A stretch of 36,108 bases of DNA from a virus, in the UHGV virus genome UHGV-1376076; one strand, written 5' to 3'. Numbering within the stretch: the first letter of the stretch is position 1; each line of letters begins with the position of its first letter. The translations under genes were made by a program, and so were the position numbers. Positions 1 to 7,986 of this stretch are shown here, in pieces. The notes under the pieces are model-generated. The model was not told the DNA's origin. It worked only from the letters and a program-made list of their open reading frames with translations, and made no database searches.

Positions 1-375
1 GTTTTTTTTGTTCAAAATTTTCAATTTCCATTATTATCACCTCGATTTAATTTACAAGTAAAATACCTTGTGAAGATATTATATCAAATAAAAAAGCTGA
101 TTTAGGGGGTCTTACAAAAATACTAAAATTTTTTCAAAGAGATGATTCAAAGCGAACAATAAAATTTGGCCATCTCTTGTTAAACAGTAAAAATCGAACG
201 ATATATATTCCAGAAAGGATGTTTGTATGGGAAAAACAAAATCGAAAATCAAGAAGAAAAAACGTCGTTTGGAACAAAAGGCAATCCAGAATGGAACGGC
301 TAAGAAAAAATAAAAAAAGCCACCTCTTTCGAGATAGCAGCGCAATACTATTTTATCATATAAGGGGTGGCGTTT

Positions 376-852
376 GTGAGATTTCAGTGGTTAAAAGATT
401 ACCAAGAACTTGATGAGCAGATTCTTTACTTAAAGTGGAATCTTAATAAAAGTAAGCTTGAATTGAATCGATGGGTCAATGGAGATTTAGCAGACGTCCG
501 AATCGAAAAGAATTCGAGAACTTCTTCTTTAGAAGAGAATATTCAAAAGATAGAAAATGAATTGGAATTGTTGATCGAGCAAAAAGAAGAAATGTTATTG
601 CTGATAGATAGCTTTTCTGGTATTGATAATCAAATTGTTAAGATGAAATATGTTGATCAAATGAGCTTAGAAGATATTGCTGAATTCGTTGGATACAGCT
701 CATCGTATATCAGACAGCGACATGCAGAAATCAGAAAGACATTGAACTTTTTAGATGAGTACGAACACAGACAAGCTGACCGATTGAAAAAAGAAAACGA
801 AATTGATTTTTACAATAGCGAGAAGTACAAAGAACAACTCTCTTTATTCTAA
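376..852 (+). CDS. ArpU-family phage late-gene transcriptional activator (sigma-70 region-4-like HTH)
   Basis: About 158 aa. The C-terminal helix-turn-helix 'MSLEDIAEFVGYSSSYIRQRHAEIRKTL' resembles sigma region 4 / ArpU-RinA regulators. It sits immediately upstream of the packaging module. An AAGGGG RBS lies 8 nt before GTG 376; the ORF could also start at GTG 367. Confidence 0.55.
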   Translation: MRFQWLKDYQELDEQILYLKWNLNKSKLELNRWVNGDLADVRIEKNSRTSSLEENIQKIENELELLIEQKEEMLLLIDSFSGIDNQIVKMKYVDQMSLEDIAEFVGYSSSYIRQRHAEIRKTLNFLDEYEHRQADRLKKENEIDFYNSEKYKEQLSLF

Positions 853-1090
853 AATTACAATGTTCACTAAATGTTAGGTCATTGTAGCTATGTAAACATT
901 GTTAGCAGCATGATATTCTATTAGTGTCAAAAAAATATGAAAGAGCCAAGATATCCCAACCGTTTTATTAATTGGTATCTGTGGCTCTTTTCTATTGCCT
1001 TTGATTAGACAGCAGCGCACAAAAAGCTAAACACGTTCTTGTCGTCTTTCAACTGCTGCTGTCTATTAAATTATTTAAGGAGGGGATTGT

Positions 1091-1210
1091 ATGCATCATT
1101 ATATTACGAAGTATAGAAACGAGCATAATGAACGAAAAGCGGTTGCGTGGATTCAGTTAAATCTTTTTGGTAAAGCATATTGCTTATTCAAAAGAGAAAT
1201 CGCAATTTAA
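1091..1210 (+). CDS. small hypothetical protein (39 aa)
   Basis: Strong RBS AAGGAGG 7 nt upstream of the ATG. It is preceded by a promoter-like motif that is duplicated upstream of the next small ORF, and followed by a hairpin terminator. Confidence 0.35.
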   Translation: MHHYITKYRNEHNERKAVAWIQLNLFGKAYCLFKREIAI

Positions 1211-1213
1211 AAA

Positions 1214-1245
1214 AGAGACCGGTGAGCGGTCTCTTTACGGTTTTA
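1214..1245. terminator. bidirectional intrinsic terminator (stronger on the minus strand)
   Basis: Hairpin agagaccg-gtga-cggtctct. On the minus strand it is followed by UUUUUAAAU. On the plus strand it is followed by an interrupted U tract. Confidence 0.5.
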
Positions 1246-1325
1246 ACCTTTTCTAAAGGTTGTGTACTCCTCCTAAATTCTTCATCCGTTGTTGTCTATT
1301 AATTTATGTATTGGAGGAAAAACGA

Positions 1326-1463
1326 ATGGATAAAGAAATCAAAGCAACTTTCAAATTAGATTTGACTGAACTAAAAGAACTGCTCAACAAGGCTAGTGAC
1401 CAAGTCGAACAGTTACAAGAAACTTTAGATGAAATTGCTAATTTTAAAATCCAAGTTTCTTAG
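1326..1463 (+). CDS. small coiled-coil hypothetical protein (45 aa)
   Basis: RBS GGAGG 8 nt before the ATG. The sequence is a charged heptad-like 'LKELLNKASDQVEQLQETLDEIANF'. Its 3' end overlaps the convergent gene at 1444..1758. Confidence 0.4.
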   Translation: MDKEIKATFKLDLTELKELLNKASDQVEQLQETLDEIANFKIQVS

Positions 1464-1758
1464 CAGTATATTTTTTAGCAGCTGCACTCATGAAATCAGA
1501 CCAAGTATCAAAATTTGTATTATCAGATACGAATGCATCCATTTGATCATCAGGAATCGCGGCAAACGATTCTTCAGAGCTGCAGTCAAATCCGCTAACC
1601 TCAAAGAATTCCTCAATGGAGTTAAATTTGGTATTAGCTGAAACAAAATCATTTGTAAATAACTCGGACATTGGAACGCTATGTTCACCGTCCATTTCTT
1701 GGGCAGCTTTTGCCATTTTGTTAAGTTTTTTACTTAAATTATCAAACCCGTTACTCAT
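1444..1758 (-). CDS. hypothetical acidic protein (104 aa), leftward moron
   Basis: GGTGG RBS before the ATG on the minus strand. The ORF is clean and coding-like. It is convergent with the 45-aa ORF, and its 3' UTR would be antisense to that ORF. Confidence 0.55.
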   Translation of the reverse strand: MSNGFDNLSKKLNKMAKAAQEMDGEHSVPMSELFTNDFVSANTKFNSIEEFFEVSGFDCSSEESFAAIPDDQMDAFVSDNTNFDTWSDFMSAAAKKYTAKKLGF

Positions 1759-1834
1759 ATATTCACCACCTATAATTTATTTCAGTAGACCACTTACCGA
1801 TAAGAAAATTATACCAAAGAAAGGAATGTAAAAA

Positions 1835-2026
1835 ATGAACACGGAAAGAATTGTTTTAGAAGCAGAAGAAAAAGAATTTATTGAAACGGTTATTAGTTTT
1901 GTAATTGAGAAAGGCTGGACGATTTCTAATTTGCAAAATGCTGTATCAAAAGCGGAAGATTATATGAAAAAAAATGCCACATTAACAGAGCTGACAATTG
2001 GTATGCCAGCTCAAATTAAAGATTAA
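1835..2026 (+). CDS. hypothetical protein (63 aa)
   Basis: RBS AAAGGAA before the ATG. It is convergent with 2023..2263 and overlaps it by 4 nt. Confidence 0.45.
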   Translation: MNTERIVLEAEEKEFIETVISFVIEKGWTISNLQNAVSKAEDYMKKNATLTELTIGMPAQIKD

Positions 2027-2263
2027 TAGAATCTATATTTGTATTGCCCACCACCACGAACAATCAAATACCATCTACCAGGACCACTGACTGTGATATT
2101 TACCGGTGTTCTAGTGCAATGTCCGCCGTAGTACTTAAATTTTTGACCAGAGTTCATTTTTCTGTAGTTCGTAGAATCGACCAAAAATACATCTGCGGTA
2201 TGTTGAAGTTCTACTCTTACAGATAATGAACCGCTGGATTCAGCATAAGGAACCTGCACCATG
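2023..2263 (-). CDS. conserved small hypothetical protein (79 aa, Gly/Tyr-rich C-terminus)
   Basis: Perfect RBS AAGGAGGTG 6 nt upstream of ATG 2263 on the minus strand. The first M in the ORF track lies inside the RBS and is really GTG. Confidence 0.55.
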
Positions 2264-2404
2264 TTTTTCACCTCCTTATCGGCTATTTCAGCGGACCACT
2301 CGCTGATAACTAAAATTATACACTTAGGTCATTGGAAAAAGCTGATAGTGAATTTGCAGAAAAATACAATTTAACTAAATAATTAAAAAGGTGGGTGAAG
2401 AGAA

Positions 2405-2488
2405 ATGATGGCGTTAATAATTTCAATTTTTGCGCTCTGTCTTAATGTCTATATGATTGGATTTAAAAATGGGCAAAATAAAAAATAG
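2405..2488 (+). CDS. 27-aa hydrophobic peptide with one TM helix and a basic tail; possible type-I-toxin-like peptide
   Basis: Sequence MMALIISIFALCLNVYMIGFKNGQNKK, with RBS AAAAGGTGGG upstream. This architecture resembles Fst/TxpA-type toxins. It lies immediately upstream of the GC-rich structured region. Confidence 0.3.
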   Translation: MMALIISIFALCLNVYMIGFKNGQNKK

Positions 2489-2504
2489 TAGCAGCCAAGA
2501 ATAA

Positions 2505-2735
2505 TTTTATAGTGTCACTGTGGCGGAAGTAGAAGACGCAACGGTAAATGGCGAGTAGCCTCGTGAGAGCCTAGTAAGTTCTCGTGTGTGGTGCGATTCC
2601 ACTCCAGTGACTTTAGCAACTGAGGGGGGTATGAACTCGTGTGGTGCGAGCCCTAGGGAGGAACAGGATAACCGCCTGTGTGTAGGTTGCTATTACATAT
2701 TAGATCACTCTTTGAGTGGTCTTTTTATTTTGAAA
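2505..2735 (+). ncRNA. candidate structured non-coding RNA (GC-rich island ending in an intrinsic terminator)
   Basis: By my count the stretch is about 55% GC, against roughly 36-38% in the flanks. The motif CTCGTG(T)GTGGTGCGA recurs at 2581-2597 and 2636-2650. Complementary segments are present: gtcactg 2514-2520 with cagtgac 2605-2611, and ggcgg 2522-2526 with ccgcc 2672-2676. Read in the frame of the downstream gene (start of ORF 2586..3134), the stretch is Trp/Cys-rich nonsense. It ends in the terminator at 2703-2733. Confidence 0.3.
2703..2733 (+). terminator. rho-independent terminator
   Basis: Hairpin gatcactc-ttt-gagtggtc followed by TTTTTATTTT. It is oriented for the plus strand only. 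Confidence 0.6.
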
Positions 2736-2748
2736 GGAGTTTTATCTA

Positions 2749-3134
2749 TGAATGATTTTCATGAAGCAGTACTTAGCATCGAGGTAGAACCAAGTCTGGC
2801 CACTGCATATAAAAAAGCGATTGAAGATGACAACAGTAGACATTGGATTAAAAATGAAATAAAAAATGCCGATGAAAATATTGTGATTAGCGATATCAAG
2901 CCAAGCTGGAATGGCAACCACTGTAGTGTCAGTATTGATAATAGCTTGACTATTGAAAAATATTCCGGAGCAATAATTGATAGAACAGAACGCAAAACTC
3001 ACCTAACCATAGCATTGATTTCTAGGACCTTACCGAATTTAAAAGAACAGGTTGAATGGTATGAGCGGATGGGCGCAAAAGTAATCAGTACAAATTACAA
3101 AGGAGAGAATCAAAATGGCAATGATCAAAATTAG
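2749..3134 (+). CDS. hypothetical protein (128 aa)
   Basis: RBS GAAAGGAG 8 nt before the ATG, directly after the terminator. I reject the upstream in-frame extension of ORF 2586..3134 as non-coding. Confidence 0.6.
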
Positions 3135-3516
3135 AACAACCATCACAGGAACAGAGTATTGGGATTCAGAAAAGAAAAAGACTGTTGTAGTTCCGAAAGG
3201 TCAAGAACCTAAATTTGATATAAGTGAACAGACTGATATGACTGTAGTTGCCAAGACAATTGTTGGTGATGACGTCTTGTTTAAGAGTGGTGAAGAAATT
3301 CATTTATCAGGAGAAGAATTAGATAGCGATGGAAACTCCGCTGCTGACTTTGATGGAGAAAAACTTACCGATGATCAGTCCGATGGAGACACAGATGAGT
3401 TAGAAGATATGACTGCAAAAGAATTACGTGCATATGCTAAGAAACATGGCATTGATATTCCTGGTGCTGTCCGTGCAAAAGGAGACATCATCCATCTTAT
3501 TCGTGAAGCAGAATGA
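3115..3516 (+). CDS. phage protein with a C-terminal Rho-N/SAP-like DNA-binding motif and an acidic linker
   Basis: RBS AAAGGAGAG. The C-terminus 'AKELRAYAKKHGIDIPGAVRAKGDIIHLI' resembles a Rho N-terminal / HeH motif. The middle is a D/E-rich low-complexity segment. Confidence 0.55.
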   Translation: MAMIKIRTTITGTEYWDSEKKKTVVVPKGQEPKFDISEQTDMTVVAKTIVGDDVLFKSGEEIHLSGEELDSDGNSAADFDGEKLTDDQSDGDTDELEDMTAKELRAYAKKHGIDIPGAVRAKGDIIHLIREAE

Positions 3517-3893
3517 AGTACTGTCAGTTTGACGGATGCACGAACAAGATAGCAAAGGGTATCTACTGTACTGAACACAAGAGATCAAGCAGATCACGCA
3601 AGAAGAAGCAGCAAGCAAAGTCTGTTTATCATCATGAGAACAAACCATTCTATCGAACGCAAGCATGGAAAGATATGCGCCAATTTATTTACGAAAGAGA
3701 AGGTGGCCACTGTCAGCGATGTGGTCAGTTCATCTTTGGAAAGAGGGCACACGTCCATCACATCGTGCCAATCAAAGACAATGAATTGCTTAAGCTTGAT
3801 CAAAACAATCTCATGCTTTTATGTTCAAAATGTCATCCAATTGTTGAAAACGAAACAGAAGACAAAAAAGTTTTTCCTTCGTATTTTAATTAA
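3513..3893 (+). CDS. HNH endonuclease (packaging-associated)
   Basis: Cys/His motifs 'CQRCG...HVHHIVP...CSKCH' match the HNH fold. Its position immediately upstream of the terminase small subunit is typical of cos-type siphoviruses. Confidence 0.85.
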   Translation: MKYCQFDGCTNKIAKGIYCTEHKRSSRSRKKKQQAKSVYHHENKPFYRTQAWKDMRQFIYEREGGHCQRCGQFIFGKRAHVHHIVPIKDNELLKLDQNNLMLLCSKCHPIVENETEDKKVFPSYFN

Positions 3894-3990
3894 CCCCCCC
3901 TATCCATTTTCAAAATTTTTTCGCGTGGGGAGATAGGGTAGCGGGGAGTCACGCGCATCGTTAGGTCAAATTTTTCAAAAAACAAAGGGG
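3894..3990. other. candidate cos site / packaging initiation region
   Basis: An intergenic GC-rich block between HNH and terS contains a C7 tract, a G6 tract and the inverted repeat ccctatc / gataggg. This placement is typical for cos sites. Confidence 0.3.
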
Positions 3991-4003
3991 GGTGTATACA
4001 AGT

Positions 4004-4456
4004 ATGACGACTAAAGCGCAACGTAAAGCGATTGTTGATGAAAAAGTAAGTGCTGAAAAAGCTCGTATTTTAAAAATAATGAATTTGTCTGATTTGTACA
4101 CCATCACTCTTGATCCATTAATCGAATCATATTTGGATATTTTTGAAATTTACCAACACAAATATCTTTTGTGGAAGGAAAAAGGCTTTCCGGAGACGCA
4201 AAAATTCACGAATAAATCAGGTGCCACTAATCAATCGAAGCATCCATTGGCGCAGCAAGTAGAAACTTGGGCAGATAAAAAAATGAAAGCTCTAGATTTG
4301 TTGGGGCTAACGAATAAGGCTAAAACTGGTAGACAAATAACTGGCGGATCGACTGCAAGAAAAGATGAAGAAATTACACGTCCAGAAGAAAAGCCAGTAG
4401 ATGAACTAGCAGCGCACAGAAACAAATGGCGTAAGAAGGCAGGTACTGAAAAATGA
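4004..4456 (+). CDS. terS: terminase small subunit (P27-like)
   Basis: Its position, about 150 aa size and N-terminal DNA-binding-like region fit terS. The stop overlaps the terL start in an ATGA junction. A GTG at 3992 is an alternative start. Confidence 0.75.
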   Translation: MTTKAQRKAIVDEKVSAEKARILKIMNLSDLYTITLDPLIESYLDIFEIYQHKYLLWKEKGFPETQKFTNKSGATNQSKHPLAQQVETWADKKMKALDLLGLTNKAKTGRQITGGSTARKDEEITRPEEKPVDELAAHRNKWRKKAGTEK

Positions 4457-6180
4457 TCGAACCTGGTGTAAATTATGCCGATTTATTTGCAAAAGAAGTA
4501 AGAAAGAAACCTGGGAAATATCCTAAAACTGTTCGTTTGGCAGTGGATCGTTTGTATCGGTGGAAAAAACGTAAAGATATTTGGTTTGATGTAGATCGTG
4601 CGAATGAAATGATGGACTGGGTTGAGTCGTTTATTGTTCACACAAAAGGTGAGATGGTTGGAAAGCCATTCATTTTAGAACCTTGGGAAAAATTTATTTA
4701 CTCGTGGATGTATGGATGGGTTAAAGAAAATGAAAAAGGGCAAATTGTCCGTGTTACTCGTGAAGCGTATGTCCAAATCCCTAAAAAGAACGGTAAAACA
4801 TTGATCGCTGTCGGTTCATTAGGCTATGCAATGTATGGAGAAGGTGCTTTGTCAGTCGATTGTTATGCGTGCGCTTCTGACTTTGCTCAAGCTCAATATG
4901 CTGCCAAACCTTTTGCAACTACAATCTTAAATAATCCAATTCTACTTGAAGGAACTAAAATATTTAAAGGACCAAAGGGGACTGTTTCTAGTATTACTTA
5001 TGATTATATTCATGAAGATATGGCTTATTCGAATAAATTTATTGTTCAAACGAAGAATATTGATAATATCGAGGGATCCAATCCATATTTTGTGTTGAAT
5101 GATGAATTGCATAAGCAAGAGAAAATGGAACAGTATGACAATTTTAAGTCTGCTCAAATATCTTTACCACAGCCATTGATGTTTAATATCTCAACTGCTG
5201 GGAAAGGTTCATCGTCTGTTGGAATGCGCGTATATCGCGAAGCAAAAGAAGTGTTGAAACGCGATGATAATGATTCAAACTTTGTTCTAATCTATGAGCC
5301 AAATAAAAATTATGATTGGACGGATAGAAAAGTCTGGGAAATGTGCAATCCTAACTGGGGAATATCAGTCGATCTTTCCGCTTTAGAGTCCGCATTTAAA
5401 ACAGCACAACGGTCAGCCCATTCAAAAGCCGAATTTCTAACGAAGCACTTGGATGTATTTGTAAACGGCGCGGATAATTTCTTTGAACGGGATCAAGTAG
5501 AGCCATGTTTAGTTACCACACAAGAACTTGGTGATTTAAGTGGCGAACCATGTTATATCGGTTTAGATTTATCACGTACACGAGATTTGACCTGTGTATC
5601 TTTAAACTTCCCAACATGGGATGAAGATGGTAAAGCGGTTCTTAAAGTAAAGCAACTCTATTTTATTCCAAATGAAAATTTAGAGTTTCGAGAAAAAGAA
5701 GATAACGTGCCTTACAGCGATTTGGCTGAACAAGGTTTCGTTGAATTTTGCGACGGAAAGATGATTGATCAAGATCAGATTCTGCAGTACATAGAGGACT
5801 GCATGGATTTATATGATATTCAGCAAGTGAATTATGATCCAGCAATGAGTGATAAACTTGTTGAGAAATTAGAGAACTTAGGATTGGAATGCGTTGAGGT
5901 TGACCAATATCCTAAAGTATTGAACGCTCCTTTTGACGATGTCGAACGGTTGTTTTATGAGCAACGAATTCAATTTGATAATCCATTATTCCTGTATTGC
6001 ACATTGAATGTTGTAGCAATTACTAACATCAATGGACAAAAAGCGCCAAGTAAACGCCAATCAAAGAAAAAGATTGATGGTTTCGTGGCGTTTTTGTGTG
6101 GTCATAAGGAAACGATGAATCAGATGACAGATATTGATTCGGATGAATTAGATGATTACCTTAGTTCCATCTATAGATAA
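4453..6180 (+). CDS. terL: terminase large subunit
   Basis: 575 aa. There is an ATPase region with a 'VQIPKKNGKT' P-loop-like motif, and a C-terminal nuclease domain. It sits in the canonical position. Confidence 0.92.
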   Translation: MIEPGVNYADLFAKEVRKKPGKYPKTVRLAVDRLYRWKKRKDIWFDVDRANEMMDWVESFIVHTKGEMVGKPFILEPWEKFIYSWMYGWVKENEKGQIVRVTREAYVQIPKKNGKTLIAVGSLGYAMYGEGALSVDCYACASDFAQAQYAAKPFATTILNNPILLEGTKIFKGPKGTVSSITYDYIHEDMAYSNKFIVQTKNIDNIEGSNPYFVLNDELHKQEKMEQYDNFKSAQISLPQPLMFNISTAGKGSSSVGMRVYREAKEVLKRDDNDSNFVLIYEPNKNYDWTDRKVWEMCNPNWGISVDLSALESAFKTAQRSAHSKAEFLTKHLDVFVNGADNFFERDQVEPCLVTTQELGDLSGEPCYIGLDLSRTRDLTCVSLNFPTWDEDGKAVLKVKQLYFIPNENLEFREKEDNVPYSDLAEQGFVEFCDGKMIDQDQILQYIEDCMDLYDIQQVNYDPAMSDKLVEKLENLGLECVEVDQYPKVLNAPFDDVERLFYEQRIQFDNPLFLYCTLNVVAITNINGQKAPSKRQSKKKIDGFVAFLCGHKETMNQMTDIDSDELDDYLSSIYR

Positions 6181-6201
6181 ATAGAAAGGCGGTGAGAAAT
6201 A

Positions 6202-7431
6202 TTGAAATTACGTGATCGGTTATCGAATGCAGTCTATTCCTTTATGGAAAAGCGTGGGTACATCGAGGATATGTTTGGCCACTATACGCGTTACGGTCAA
6301 AGATATGTAACAGATTCCTCTATCATGGAATCTTCTGATGTTTATGAATTGGTCCAGGATATCTCAAACCAGGTAGCGTTGTCCTCACCTGTTGTCATAG
6401 GTCCAGACGGTAATGAAGTGAAGGACCACCACTTGCTAAAAATTTTGAAGAATCCCAATGATTATTTGACCGGATTCGAATTTACCAAATTGGAAACAAA
6501 TACCCTACTGATCAATGGTGAGACATTCCCATTAACAGATCGGGACCAGCTTCATTTGGCATACGGTGTAACCACTAAAATCAATGAACGACTTCAAGAA
6601 GAATTTGAAATGAATGGACAAAAAATACCTGGTCAAATGATTCGACATATTAAGAACATCGGAACTGATTCATTAAAAGGTGCTGGAATAATTGACCTTG
6701 CAAGAAACACTCTGGAAGGCGTTCTGAGCGCTGAAAAAGTTTTGACGGACAAATATACTAAAGGTGGTTTACTCGCGTTCATGCTTAAACTGGACGCCCA
6801 CATCAATCCAAATAATAGCGCCCAAACGAAAATTGTCAAAGCTATATTGGATCAACTGGAAGGAACGCAAAATGACAGTGATCATTCTGTTAAGATGATT
6901 CCTCTGGGAAAAGGATATTCCATCGAGACGTTAAAAAGTCCTGTTGATGACGCGGCTATTTTGAACTATTTAGGTGTTTATAAAAAAGACTTAGGTAAAT
7001 TTTTAGGAATCAATGTTGATACGTATCAATCGTTGATGAAAACAGACATTGAAAAAGCGATGATGTATCTGCATAACAAAGCAATCAAACCAATATTGAA
7101 GAACAAGAGCGAACATTACACCGCTCTTTTTTTTATGCCAAATTCTGGCTATCGGGTGGAATGGAAAATCAACATCTTGGATTTTGTTCCTTACTCAACA
7201 AAAACAAATATTGGCTACAACATCGTACGTACTGGGATTACAAGTCCAGATAATGTGGCAGAAATGCTTGGTTTCCCTAAACAGAACACTCCAGAAACAC
7301 AAGCTATCTATATTTCAAATGACTTATCTAGGATTGGCCAGAAAAATGCAACAGATGATTCCTTACCAACGAATGATCAAAACGTGAAAGGGGGTGATGG
7401 AAATGAAAAAGAAGGAAATTCGGACATTTGA
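6202..7431 (+). CDS. portal protein (HK97-family)
   Basis: 409 aa, directly after terL. TTG start with an AAAGGCGGTGAG RBS. The composition is typical of a portal protein. Confidence 0.85.
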   Translation: MKLRDRLSNAVYSFMEKRGYIEDMFGHYTRYGQRYVTDSSIMESSDVYELVQDISNQVALSSPVVIGPDGNEVKDHHLLKILKNPNDYLTGFEFTKLETNTLLINGETFPLTDRDQLHLAYGVTTKINERLQEEFEMNGQKIPGQMIRHIKNIGTDSLKGAGIIDLARNTLEGVLSAEKVLTDKYTKGGLLAFMLKLDAHINPNNSAQTKIVKAILDQLEGTQNDSDHSVKMIPLGKGYSIETLKSPVDDAAILNYLGVYKKDLGKFLGINVDTYQSLMKTDIEKAMMYLHNKAIKPILKNKSEHYTALFFMPNSGYRVEWKINILDFVPYSTKTNIGYNIVRTGITSPDNVAEMLGFPKQNTPETQAIYISNDLSRIGQKNATDDSLPTNDQNVKGGDGNEKEGNSDI

Positions 7432-7975
7432 TATCACCAACTTGAGTACTAGAGATGTTACAGAAAATAATAGTCGAATCATAACTGGGTATGCTGCTGT
7501 GTTCAACAGTCGAACGTTACTTTGGGAAGGCTTAGAAGAAGTAATTTCTCCTGGTGCATTTTCGAAGGCATTATCAAATTCGGACGTCCGATGTCTATTT
7601 GATCATGACTGGGGGAAAGTTCTAGGACGAACAAAAAGTGGAACACTTCGGCTTGAAGAAGACGAACGTGGGTTGAAATTTGAAGTTGAGTTACCCAACA
7701 CAACCGATGCTAATAACCTTATCGAATCTATGAGTCGTGGAGATATTGATCAATGTAGCTTCGGTTTTATTCCAACAGAAGAAACGTGGGATTACAACAC
7801 CGATCCTGTTTTGCGTACGGTGAATGAAGTGGAATTATTCGAAGTATCAATCGTTTCTCTTCCTGCCTATCAGGATACAGAAGCAGCACTTGCTAGAAGC
7901 AAACAGGAAGTCCAGCAAGACATTGCAACACGTAAAAAAATGATTCAAAAAATTAACGGGGCGCTTAACGCATAG
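7403..7975 (+). CDS. prohead maturation protease (HK97-family)
   Basis: About 190 aa, between the portal and capsid genes. RBS AAAGGGGG 8 nt before ATG 7403. Confidence 0.8.
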   Translation: MKKKEIRTFDITNLSTRDVTENNSRIITGYAAVFNSRTLLWEGLEEVISPGAFSKALSNSDVRCLFDHDWGKVLGRTKSGTLRLEEDERGLKFEVELPNTTDANNLIESMSRGDIDQCSFGFIPTEETWDYNTDPVLRTVNEVELFEVSIVSLPAYQDTEAALARSKQEVQQDIATRKKMIQKINGALNA

Positions 7976-7986
7976 GAGGATACACC

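Noticed and set aside
367-375. GTG at 367 as the start of the ArpU-like gene
   Set aside because: The AAGGGG RBS overlaps it. GTG 376 has proper spacing, so the call is kept at 376 with uncertainty.
177-413. Plus ORF of 78 aa and overlapping minus ORF 112..345 at the window start, plus a 28-aa Lys-rich ORF at 227..313
   Set aside because: Low-complexity basic translations of an AT-rich intergenic region. Only the 28-aa ORF has a weak RBS, so none are called.
2505-2735. GC-rich block as a type III ToxI repeat array, retron msr/msd or CRISPR remnant
   Set aside because: It has no regular tandem repeat periodicity. No reverse transcriptase or cas genes occur in the window. The repeated motif occurs only twice and imperfectly.
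2505-2735. GC-rich block as the cos site
   Set aside because: It is about 800 bp and two genes upstream of HNH/terS. The 3894-3990 GC block directly abutting terS fits a cos site better.
2586-2748. Upstream in-frame extension of ORF 2586..3134 through the GC-rich block
   Set aside because: The translation is Cys/Trp-rich nonsense and crosses an intrinsic terminator. A strong RBS and ATG at 2749 give the real start.
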